Below, piece after piece: positions 53,098 through 64,000 of a stretch of 64,000 nt of DNA. The DNA is from Hydrolagus colliei (lineage: Eukaryota). Location of the stretch: contig CM068759.1 of the NCBI GenBank assembly GCA_035084275.1, forward strand, positions 3,162,001-3,226,000. The letters are read 5' to 3'. Below the pieces are notes generated by a model. The model was given only the letters and a program-made list of their open reading frames with translations, was not told the origin of the DNA and made no database searches. Position numbers and translations under genes: made by a program. Each line of letters starts with the position of its first letter. Positions within the stretch are counted from its first letter, which is position 1.

Positions 53098-54069
53098 GGA
53101 GCACTCAGGAACTCTCCTCACAAAGAAGCCATACAACTACATTGCCTGCACAATGAAAATGTCAGAACACTCACACCTGATGTTAGGAAGGGCAAGAATA
53201 GAAAATCCCTTATAAACCATATTCTTCTTGGGGGAGCGGTGGGGGGGGGGGCGAAACAAACACATTAAAAAACACACGGTGGATCCTTTCCTCCGCTCCC
53301 CGAGGAAATAGAAGTGTTTCGCAGTTTGCGCGCCTGACAGCTGTCTGCCTGGACGGATGCTGCTTGTTTGTTTACGTGACAAAACCATCAAATACCTTTT
53401 TAATTAAACCAATATTTCAAGTTCGGCCGACTCTTTAAAACAAAAATCAAAAGACCACTTGAAAGCAGTGGCAGCTTTTATCCTGACGCAGTGTCTTGTG
53501 AGGGATTTTTTAAATCCATGAGTTACAATGCCCAGTGTTTCAAACTCAATTATATCAAAATGTTACCATCAAAATAAGATTTCATGCTGAACAGCAATGT
53601 ACAGCTGCATCTTCAAACAAGCTTTTACTATCTCACTCCACCAAGACAAAAGCTCCATTGCTCCAAACTCTGTCATCCTTCCTGACTGCTCTTTCTGCTG
53701 ACACTGCCTAAAGCACCCATAAAAACTTGTTTTTAAATGCATCGAGCGTTTTTAGTCGTCTGCTGCCAAGGATTGTTTCTCAGTGGTTTCTACCCTCACA
53801 ATTAAATATTCCCTGGTGTAACTTGCTCAAATGATCAACCTCATGCTTTGTTCATACCGACACATCATTGCACAATGTGCGGCAGAAATTAAGGCTCAGC
53901 CTCGAGTGATAATAAAGAGGCCACAGGGAAGCACACGGCTCGATCCCCAAAAGGTCCCTTGAAAGTTTGGGTTTGTCCAATTGAGTGATTCAAGAACTTA
54001 CTCGCTCCCATTTCAAGCCTCCCACAACATTAATAAAAAAAACCTCATCATCTATAATCCTGTGAAATC

Positions 54070-54315
54070 AGACAAGTTTCCTTGCTTCACACGCCTGATA
54101 ATAATCCCTGAAGAAGAAAAAAGCAATAACAATTTGGTCACTCAATCCATGACTGTTTGTAGGACACTGTGGTGTGCAATTGGCTGCCATGCTTCGCCCA
54201 CAAATATACAGTTAATTCACTTTACAGTATATTATTTTGAAGCGCTTTGAGACGTCCAGAAGACACGGAAAGCGCTACAGCAAATACAAGGATTCTTCTT
54301 ATTATTATTATATTA
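54070..54315 (+). mobile_element. SINE lacking the tRNA head
   Basis: caagtttccttgcttcacacgcctgataataatccc...aagga(tta)n. Confidence 0.85.
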
Positions 54316-54482
54316 CTGTGTTTTTGAACAACCCCTGATGATGCCAATGGGAGTGAGAAGTATAATTGTAAATTCATGCTGCACATCAATCTATTCCTGG
54401 ATACAAAATCACTTTGTTTCCACCAGTTATACACAAAACATTAAGCTACCAGGCTATGCTAACAGCTTCCCCAAACTCCCAT

Positions 54483-54498
54483 TAGCACCACCTGGTGG
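54483..54498 (-). promoter_or_regulatory. Candidate CTCF site
   Basis: CCACCAGGTGGTGCTA, one mismatch from CCACCAGGTGGCGCTA. Confidence 0.45.
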
Positions 54499-54757
54499 GA
54501 ATCCTTACTCCAGAGCACATGAAGTTGGATTAATTGGAGATTGGAAAAACTGTTTCAAGGTGCTAGCATGTTATTAGATGGTCATTTGTAACTCAGTTGC
54601 TTGAAAGAGTAAAGCAAACAGCAGTAATCACTCAAACCTGGGCCGAGGGAACCTGGAAAACAATTTAGCAAGAATTAATTTGAAAGGTTTAGCTATTAAA
54701 GGAGATTTCCATTTAACAAAAAAAAGGCTGTTTGGAATAATCCTTTAAAACGTTTTC

Positions 54758-55063
54758 AATAATAATAATAATTCTTGCATTTGATATAGTGCTTTTCATG
54801 TCTTCTAGACGTCTCAAAGCGTTTCACAGAATATGCGGTAAGGTGAATTGACTATATATTTGTGGGTGAAATGCGGCAGCCAATTACGCACAGCAGTGTC
54901 CCACAAACAATTGTGGATTGAAATGATGAATTTATGATTGTTTTTTTGAGGGATTAATATCAGACGCATGGAGTAAGGAAACTCGCCCAACATTCTGGGC
55001 TGACCTGCCGGGAATTGAACCCAGGTCTCTCGCTTGTGAGGCGAGTGCTCTAACCACTGAGTT
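54758..55063 (-). mobile_element. tRNA-derived SINE, head interrupted by CR1
   Basis: Body and tail intact; head breaks after ccactgagtt. Confidence 0.9.
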
Positions 55064-55346
55064 TTCATAGATTCATAGAATTTTACGGCACAAAAGGAGG
55101 CCATTCGGCCCATCTAGTCTGTGCTCTTTGAAAAGAGCGATTCAATCCCACTGCCCTGTCCTCTCCCCATAACCTAATAGACCTGTTCTCCCTAAATAAA
55201 GATCTAATTCCCTTTTAAAAGTTGTTATCGAATCAGCCTCCACCACCTTTTCAGGCAATGCATTCCAGATTCGAACAACTCGCTGAGTGAAAAAATTTCT
55301 CCTCAGCTCCCTTCTACTTCGCCTTGAAACTATTTTAAATCTTAAA
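55064..55346 (-). mobile_element. CR1 LINE 3' end (ORF2 C-terminus plus tail)
   Basis: Translates as RRNFFTQRVVRIWNALPEKVVEADSITTFKRELD, typical of the CR1 ORF2 end; tail atgggccgaatggcctcct...(tctatgaa)n. Confidence 0.9.
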
Positions 55347-57159
55347 GTTATAAGGACTCCACGTGGTGTGTGTGTGTGTGAATGTATGTAGTGTGTGTGT
55401 ATGTGTATGAGTGGTGTGTGTGTGATAGAACTGCTGGGACAATTCTTCACACTTTATCTGGGCTGTTTTATAACCCCGATATGAAAGTGTCTTACATTAA
55501 CCATTAACCCATTAATAACCCATCAAATCAATGCCACAATAACCACAGGGTTTCCAAGGTCAGAATTAAACCTCAAAGCACAGCATATTTGGGCTATTGT
55601 TTGCAATCGGAAATGGCATTGATGTAAAGCAGAAGCCAGTGAGGGGTTGCTTTTTGCTGGGATCAGCATTAACAGACAACAGTATATCTGAGCAGTAGAA
55701 TCAATGATGAATTGCCTCCTTCTCACTTTTCCCCGTTCATTTCCTCCCACAACGACAGAACCTGGGTTTTTTTTCTCCTTAAAAAGAGTTAAATATGTTT
55801 TTTTCATACAAAAACACACATACACTCGCACAAAGGCAGACACAGTATTTCAGCTGTGGGAGTGTTTTGCTCTGGAGACTGCATCCAGCAAAGGTTAGGA
55901 AGTTCCCACAAATCTAGCGGCATGGATTACCTATACCCAAGGGAGCCCGAAACGTTTTGTTTTAGTAAAGCCACTCAGTTGCCTACCATGGAATCCCGCA
56001 GGCCACTACTCCACATATAAAGAGCAGTGAATTTATGCAGAATATTCTTGCTGGGTGTGTGACTGAGATGACTGCTGTGGGTTGTGCGAGTTATTTTGTT
56101 CCTGGTCTCTCTTGCTTGCCTCTGTCAGGCAAATGTGATAAATCTCTACACTCTCAGACCAACACATCAAACGTTAGGTAGGTATGGTTGTTCGGGTTAG
56201 CACTGTAAAGAGGCTGTAGTTTGGCCTCACAGTTTGCTCCGAGCCTTCAATTGCTGTCCACATCTGGACTGCGAGATACGCTCTTTGACACCTATGTGTT
56301 ATATATACCGTGCCCTGGATTAATGTGATCAATCCTCAATGCAATCTCACGGCATAAAAACGAGTCTCCCTTCTGCTCAAGCAGATGGTTTTGTGCTGCT
56401 GGTTCAACAACAGTGAGACCGATTGTTTCCGTAGAGTTGTATAAAATCATCCCCCCCGTTGAGCGGACTCGCTCGTGAGCCGCAGTCACGATGGACTACT
56501 TTCCTCCCAGGCAAACAAAAAACACCATCTGTATCACAGATCACAAATAAGGGACAGATTCTCTTGTCAAGTGTATCCTACCAACCCATCTCATCAAGCC
56601 AACTCCCCCCAAAAAACCATTGCAAAGGATTTCAGGATCTCAATGTGGGAACTTCCGATCCGCTTTGAGACCAGCTTTAAGCACTCCGATGGAACTTAAC
56701 CAACTGAGTTCTAATGTATGAACATTGCCAGTGGAAGGACTTTTTGAACATGAAAATAGACAATTAATTTAATTAATGAATCAATCAATTCATTAATAGA
56801 ATTGGCAGAGAGTGGAGGTTCTTGAACTAAATGACCTTGATGAGCTAAAACTTTCCCTTTGTGCAGGTGTAATTTAGTTTATATGTACCTGCGATCTGTA
56901 CATACCACAAAGCTTTCCTCCAATGTGGTTTTTCCTTGATTATATGGGAGTAGAGCTGAAAAAAAATTCAGGGCATTTGATTATCGAGTCTAGCTTTGAA
57001 CCACAGTATCGAGTGCTGATAACTCGTCACTCTAAGAGTTAAAGAATTCAGCTATCCAGACATATGTGTAAATATATAAATAAATGTGGTCAGGATACTG
57101 ACCGCATAATGACGTAAGTGACTAAATATCAAAAAACAATTTGGACATTCAATAAATAA

Positions 57160-57348
57160 TGTTTGTGGGACATTGCTGTGACATCCTCCTGACGTGAAAG
57201 GCGCTCTATAAATGTAATTTTGTTGTTGTTGTTGCGATTTGCCCACAATACATACAGCCAATCCACTTTACAATTTATTCTGTGAAGTGCTTTGAGATGT
57301 CTCGATGACGTGATAAGGCACTATATCAAATGTGAAGATTATTATAAT
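57160..57348 (+). mobile_element. SINE 3' half with a nested (TTG)n-type tail
   Basis: SINE body interrupted at about 57181-57234 by gacgtgaaaggcgctctataaatgtaatt(ttg)n. Confidence 0.7.
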
Positions 57349-57773
57349 ACTATCTCTAGTACCCTATAGAGACCACTGTCAACCCCTTCCTGCTCATTCC
57401 TTACAGTTTATCTCATAGAGATGCTACAGTAAAATTCCTCGAGCGAGCAAATCATTTCATGTAAATACAAGAGATAAATGTTAGATGTTTGTAACTACTT
57501 GCAGATTTCCCTGAGTTTCATCTTCCTCACTCACATCTGGCAAAGACCAGACATCCCCCCCATCACCACCCACCCTCCACTCCTTCAAAGCAGAAAGAAT
57601 CAGAAAACTGGCATTCAACCATGTCACCGTATTTTCAGATGTATTCTGTTCTGCACTGACTCTTTGAACACTTCTTAGCAGTTTACGGAAGCGTTCCATT
57701 TAAAACCTTGGGGATTTCGTTCTGATTTTAGAATAAAAATAATTCCTCCGATTGCACATCATTTGTTTGTATA

Positions 57774-57985
57774 CACTAAAAGCCTGTTTATCCGGCATCC
57801 GATCAACCGTAACTTCCATATAACCGGCATCGCAGAAAAAAGGTCCGCATTCGATTAACTGGAATTTATCCGGAAAAATGTATTGAAAAAAAAACGTTTT
57901 TTTGCGTTTTCAGCTGAATATCTGGCAGGCACTTTAACTGCTATTGGCCAGGTCCCGAGGGTGCCGGATAAACGGGCTTTTACTA
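57774..57985. mobile_element. Tc1/mariner (Tigger/pogo-like) MITE
   Basis: TIRs cactaaaagcctgtttatccggcatcc and gggtgccggataaacgggcttttacta, TA flanks, no coding capacity. Confidence 0.8.
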
Positions 57986-58041
57986 TATATATCTATCTAT
58001 ATATATATATATATATATAAATATATATAGATATATATATA
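57984..58041. repeat. (TA)n microsatellite
   Basis: Interrupted TA run adjoining the MITE. Confidence 0.9.
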
Positions 58042-61000
58042 CATGCACACATACAAAAATTCATCCAAGAGCCATTTTGCCAAACTGCCTCTGTACCCTC
58101 ACTACCTTGGGGGGTCTTTCTTGGCAAGGCAGCCCATAGCAGAAGGTTGATCCTCTCTTTCAAATCATCAGCATATGTATAGCAAATATTCTGTGTACTC
58201 AGAGAGCAGACTGATCTGAATTTCCGCTAATGCAGAGAGAATGGCAATACATTTGGGAAGCGCCATGCAGAGCAGCGCATCCTGTACGAATAACAGACAG
58301 ATCTTAAAACCATTTAGTGGGTCCTGATACACACCTCACACGCTTCTAAATTCTATTCATCATCCCAAGAATCAGGGCAAACAAGGTTTAACAACACAGT
58401 CTATCTTAAACACATTCTTGCTTGCATGGATTCACTCATTTTGGTACTTTGCCCATTCCGAATTGGTGGTTACTTTCAACTCACATACGGCTGACAACAC
58501 AGCAGTACACACTCCGAACCTCCCATCTGACAGCTTATGGGTTTATTCACACATTGACTCTGAACTAACACACCCTAATTACACTGCACGACATATGCGA
58601 GGCCAAATCAGTTCCTAAACTGTCTAACTGTCTATTCACATCTCTAATGTAAAGAATAATAATTCAATTCCCACATTTCCAGTGACCTGAAAATCCTAGT
58701 CTTAGCTTGTCAGGATGATTTGGTTTCAAACACACAGGGCAGAATTGGGGAATTTCATGTTCGTGTGAAAGTTTGTTTCCAAATTAGGACGGAAGATAGG
58801 AATCTTCTATCATTCTGTGCAATCTTAAATTTTAAGGCAGGAGTCGTACAGTCTAAGACTAAGGTGCAATTTTAGCCCTCAAGCTTGGTTTAACACCAGC
58901 GCTTTCAGATATTCTGCTTGTACTCACTACAACTAGGCAGCTCCACAGATTCACTCTCAATAGAGTCCAGACCAGCGGATTGTGTCAAAGTGATAGTGCC
59001 GTTTCAATACTTTGGGCTGTATTGCAGTGAAAAGCACAGCAAATCTCCAAACAGCATGTGGATTAAAGGAGAAGGCAGGTGCATTGTCAGACGCAAAGTC
59101 ACCTCCACCTGAGTTTTTTCCTCAACACAAGTTATTGTTTGGATTACCTCGATCTACAGGGGGTCTTCTGTAGATTCCTGTCTGTCCCTGTGGTGCTGAA
59201 TAAAGCAGAACAGATGAGCTAGGTTATCATCCACAAAAACATCCATTTCTACATCGAGAGAGAGAGAGAGAGAAACTCTTGCTCAGCAACCATATTGTAG
59301 CGATGAATTTTCGTCTCTTTAGACTGCAGGCGTGGGCCTTGGAGTGGCTTTTTACATGTAAAAAATAACAAATACTTGGCAAAGAGGGAGAGGAAGGCTC
59401 TGAGCAGCTACAGCTAATGTGCTTCTCTGCTCCCTCAAAGTGCTTCGATCCTCCAAAACTCAGCAGAGCATGCCTCACTGGACCTTTGTAACATTTTATT
59501 AGGACCGTTGCCCTTGCCAACCTTCCTTATGGTTCAAGCATGGACCCAAAGTCAGAGCAGTCTCTGTGCTGTATGTTTATGGCTATGAGACTGTATAGAC
59601 ATATTTCGCACCCAAGAGGAAACGCTGCCTTGTTCATCTACTGGATTCACTCGCAGGTTCCGGAAGCGATAGGACGCAGCAATCCACAGCACCGCGCAGT
59701 TCCTTCCACCCTCCCCTATTCACTCTTGCGACTTGCCTTTTGCACAAAGTGAATTAAACACAGTGCACACAAGCTCACAGCACACATCAGGTCGGAATAG
59801 GTTACAAATCAATATCTCCTTGATTTGTGTACTAATTCGGAACACCAATTTGTATTGACTTCAAATTCTCTCCAATGTTCTTTCCCAGGCCAGCAATTGT
59901 TGAAAAAACAAATCCAGCTACTCTGAATGCTTCAGCAGTCGTTTGGGAGGTAAAATCATCTTGATGAATTAAACATGTCCAGATAGCTTATGGAATTCCA
60001 CAATGATCCATGCATAAGGCTATTAAGTATTACAGATGTTATGACTCCAACCCACTTTACAATGGCATCTATCCATCATTTATCATTTGTATTCATGGTG
60101 TACGCACTTGGAAAGCGTTTTATTTCGCATAATGGAAAGAAATCAGTCTTTGCAAATCAACTTTGATTCATGAGATACCAGGTACAAACCATCCATTTAT
60201 TCTCTTCCAACAGAATAAATAAATCTATTGGATTTATTATAAACAGAACTCTATAGTCTTGGGAAGTCTGTAAGCCACACAAAATCAATTCCTTTTTGGA
60301 TCTTCAGGAAAAGTACTGAATACTTTGTCTCTATTCATATTTTATGCCTGAACGCCAAGCCTCCAGGGTGTGGACTCCCTGTACTGTCCACCTGCTGAGC
60401 TCCATAAATTATTAACATTAAACTCTGCTGCTCAGTGGAAATATTTTGAAGAGGTTTGAAGCAAATGTAGTCTCTATTGTGAGGACAGCACTATATAATT
60501 TAAACCTCAGATAGGCACATTTTGGATCCTGATTCCACAGCATTTGTGGACACCGAAGATCTGCAGCAAAGCAGCTTTAAAAGTAAAGTTGAAAATTACA
60601 GTTTCTAGCAGTTGCATATTTCGCCCACAAAACGTACAGTCAATTTGGGACATCTTTCCTATGCGAAGGGGGCCTTACAAATGTAGTTTGTTGTTGTTGT
60701 TTACAATATATGCTGTGAAGGACTTTGAGATCTTGAAGATTTTTTATGATTATTATTAGTATTACTATTTTTATTGTTATGATTATTATTATTATTATGC
60801 AGGGCTCAGGTGTTCACCAGTTCACCGCAAAGAATCCACACGTTTTTGAGGCTTTTTGATAAGATACGAATTTAAGAAAAATTCTGTAGAATCTGAAATC
60901 TTAAAACAATGGTGGCGTCTTCAAGCTAAACTCAAGTGATATTTCTGGTTCCATTACATTTGAATACCTGCTACCGGAATTGTGTGTGCAGTGTCCTCGT

Positions 61001-62906
61001 GCTCTAATACACAGCACAATCATTGGTAGGTAGCACAGATAGACTTAATATAAGTAGATCCAGTGAGAAACAGACTGATAATAGTGTACGGTAGAGATAT
61101 GACTTGTGAGCTATCCCTGGAGTATTCCTTTTATATTAAACTTTAAAACCATGTCAATGGCATTTGTGACAGGAAATTATAGTTGGGTTTTCCTTAGAGA
61201 GATATTATTACATCTCAAAAATCATATCTCCTTCCCTCCTCTCCATGGCAGCGCAGATAAAATTTAAAGAAATAAAAGGCGGAACACACACACACACACA
61301 CAAGTGCTAGAATTTCGCATCAGGTGAATTAACATCTATAAGAGAGACGCTGGGTTAAGGTTTCAGGTATGAAGGCTCAAACCTCAAAGCTTTTGTATAA
61401 AAATAATAATTAATTTACCATATCTTTAAGTTTTCAGAGGTTCGCTATTGATTTTCAGCAATTCATGCTGTTGTATAAATTTAAAGATATGTATACCTAT
61501 TCTTGCCCTAAAGCATCCTTTTTTTTTGTGCCCAACACTGGGGAGTAGCAGGTCCTATTTCCCCTGAAGGCTTCCATTCTGTACATAGAACACATATTAT
61601 TTTGCTTCGCCCCCCCTCCACGAGTATCTGTCAGACAACACTGAGACCTGTACTACTAAGGCCAAGATTGCAACTTGCAATTCTTGCTACAGTGACCCAG
61701 AGAGCAGTGTCTATGGGTGATACCGTTCATCCAATTAATTATTATCCGGCCTTATCTCTGGTAATGAGGGAATAAATTAGCGATCATGGAATCATGTTCT
61801 ATAATTTGACATCCCAAAATCGCCTTCATAAATTAGGGGAGTTGCGGAAAAATAGTTGTGACCATCACTGCTTGTCGCCCACAAAATACAGTCAATCCAC
61901 TTTGCGGTATTTTCCGTGAAGCTCTTTGAGACATAATTAACAATTTTTCAGAATTCCCCACTCTCAATGGAGGCCCTGACTGATGCTGGGCTAAGGTTCC
62001 ATGGGCATCGATCACCTTCGCTCCTTGCCTGAGTGAGCATTCTTCGTATGTGAACCTGGATCATTCTGTGTCAGCAGGCTGCTTGACCACAGGGGGTGTT
62101 ACAGCTGAGCTCGTGCTTCGCTCTGCAAGTGTGCGTTTGCAACAGGTGTGAGACATGGACTGTGATCAGAACAGGCACTAATTGTTTGCTCCAAAGTGCA
62201 GGGAAAAAAAAGGCCATCAAACAAAGCTGTCGATTAATTCCCATTGGGAGATGGCGCGCACTCCTTTTATTCCTCGAGCTTTTGTCTGCTTGCATGTCAC
62301 CAGTCATGAATTTTTTTTTACAAACTACGAGTTGCATGCAATTAGCAACGCAATTTGCACTCACGTAACACCTCTCGGGCAAGGTGAATGTCTCACAGCG
62401 CTTTACGAAGACAGGGCAAGAACCTGGGGTGGGAGTAAGACGGTGGAGCAGTCAATGAGATATGTTTTTAAACGAGTTTTGATTGCAGTTAAGGGAGGAG
62501 AGAGGCAGCAGTATTTCAAAGAAGGTAGTTTGCACATACGGCACATTAAACTCCACACGCTTTTGGACACGCTGGCTGTGGTGACACAAGCTCATCCACA
62601 GACGGTAAATTGCTTTCTCAGTGAAAGCCTTTTGTTTGATTGAATGGGCAATTACTGCACAAAATTGTTTTTAACAACAACAATCCAACTCTTGTTTTTT
62701 TTTGTCGCAAAAACCTCCAATGCTGTGACAAAAGCGAAGCTATTAGGATGCAACGGTGACAAGGCTCTTCCATCGAAGCAATCAAGAATATTGTTTGTGT
62801 GCGCAATTGTTTACAGAGCAACATCCCACAGCCAGTAAGTAATACGACGCACCGTTAGGTTTTAAAGAAAAGATGGTTCCACTTAGTACTGAAATCAAAT
62901 GAAACA

Positions 62907-63320
62907 CAGCTTGGCTCTGATGGCAACTCTCACATCTTGATCAAAAGGTTGCAAGTGCAAACATCACACTTGGGTTTGAGCTGATGGATGAGACTGACAC
63001 TGTGGAGCACTGTGGACATTGTGGCAAAGCTATCCTTTAGATGAGACACCAAACCTTGGTTCCACCCCTCTGTTTGGGTGAACATTAACGATCTCACAAC
63101 ACTATTCAAAAACGAAAGGTATTTCTTCCAATCTCCTCACCAACAATGCTGCAGATAGAATTGATAACACATGTTATGGTTGCTTGTTTGTCGAAGCTTG
63201 CTGCGTGAAATTTGGCCCGTTTCCCTTGCCTACAACTACACAGCCACTGCATTTCACAGCAATTAAGCACACAGGGATTTGTGATGTTTCAAAGTTATAA
63301 ACTCTACATCAATTGTGAAG
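62907..63320 (+). mobile_element. Ancient DeuSINE-like element
   Basis: Degenerate head; cctttagatgagacaccaaacc...ggtgaacattaacgatctcacaacactattc parallels 28320-28400; 3' cttgctgcgtgaaatttggc. Confidence 0.6.
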
Positions 63321-64000
63321 ATTAAACAAGACAGACACCTTTCCAGTGCCTGTTTGTTAGTCTAATTCGATAGTGGGTTCTGGGTTAAAGAGAAGAAGGG
63401 AATGACAGCAGTGATTCTCTGATGACAATACTGGGTCTATTTTACACTGATCACTATAAAAAGCATTTTTTTCCACCACAACATAATATAGTATTGGGTG
63501 CCAATGTCAATTCTTATTAAAAAAAAGATCACTGGCTGGTCTTAGCGGGTAAATACGTGACCTTGCTGTACCAAGTTATTTGGACAAGGAAGATTCCCAG
63601 TTTGACTTCAGGTCTACGTTGAGTTTGGGGATCTCTGTTAGGACTGCAGTAAGGCCTTTTATAATTGGCCTCAATTTGGAAACGGAGAACAGAAGGAGGC
63701 AAGAATTCTCAACCTCTATTAAAGATCCAGTCATGTGTGTAAATAGCAGGGCAAAGACACAAACAGATGCCTTTGAATGGTTAAGTAGCATTTCCTAAGC
63801 CAATGTTTAGACTGAAGATTTCTCACCCCGGCTTCTGAGTAAGCCCCTCAGCAATGCATTTGTCCCCCTCCTGCCTGGATACTGAAATACAATCCTTGAG
63901 CTCCACTATTTAATAGAGCAGTATGCCGCCCGCATGCTGACTGATCTGGACCAATTCCACACCCACATCTCACCAGTTCTGACCCAGGTTCCACTCGCTC

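Noticed and set aside
52216-53268. ORFs of 72-194 aa, and similar ones at 5119-5579, 22435-22773, 48975-49382 and 54814-55113
   Set aside because: They are translations of the same SINE (recurring KRFETSRR/CKDYYY, VAQWLEH peptides), not a protein family
61300-61385. Second hammerhead in the inverted Penelope-like copy
   Set aside because: CUGANGA core not recognisable and stem III palindrome mutated
45351-64000. cdh4 exon 4 (DWVIPP...) or a nested gene in the long intron
   Set aside because: No cadherin-like or otherwise recognisable coding sequence seen; ORFs such as 62182..62643 lack any motif

Overview
Vertebrate (cartilaginous fish, probably a chimaera such as Callorhinchus, judged from the repeat families) genomic DNA. 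The window holds the 3' part of a type I classical cadherin gene on the minus strand, best matching CDH4 (R-cadherin). Twelve coding exons (equivalent to exons 5-16) were traced by hand, each bounded by GT/AG. They splice in frame to 2175 nt (724 aa plus stop): most of EC1, EC2-EC5, the transmembrane helix and the full cytoplasmic tail, followed by a 3' UTR of about 1.2 kb. Exons 1-4 lie beyond position 64000. The introns carry a young tRNA-derived SINE of about 330 bp with an L2-type tail, older DeuSINE-like copies, CR1 and L2 3' ends, Tigger/pogo-like MITEs and microsatellites. Almost all ORF-track entries outside the exons are chance or repeat-derived ORFs. I found no convincing new multi-gene system. 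The best second-look items are a minimal hammerhead-ribozyme motif in a Penelope-like fragment, 3' UTR blocks that appear shared with the paralog CDH2, nested retroposon insertions, and inverted SINE pairs flanking exons. Repeat family names and cross-species comparisons come from memory and need database confirmation.
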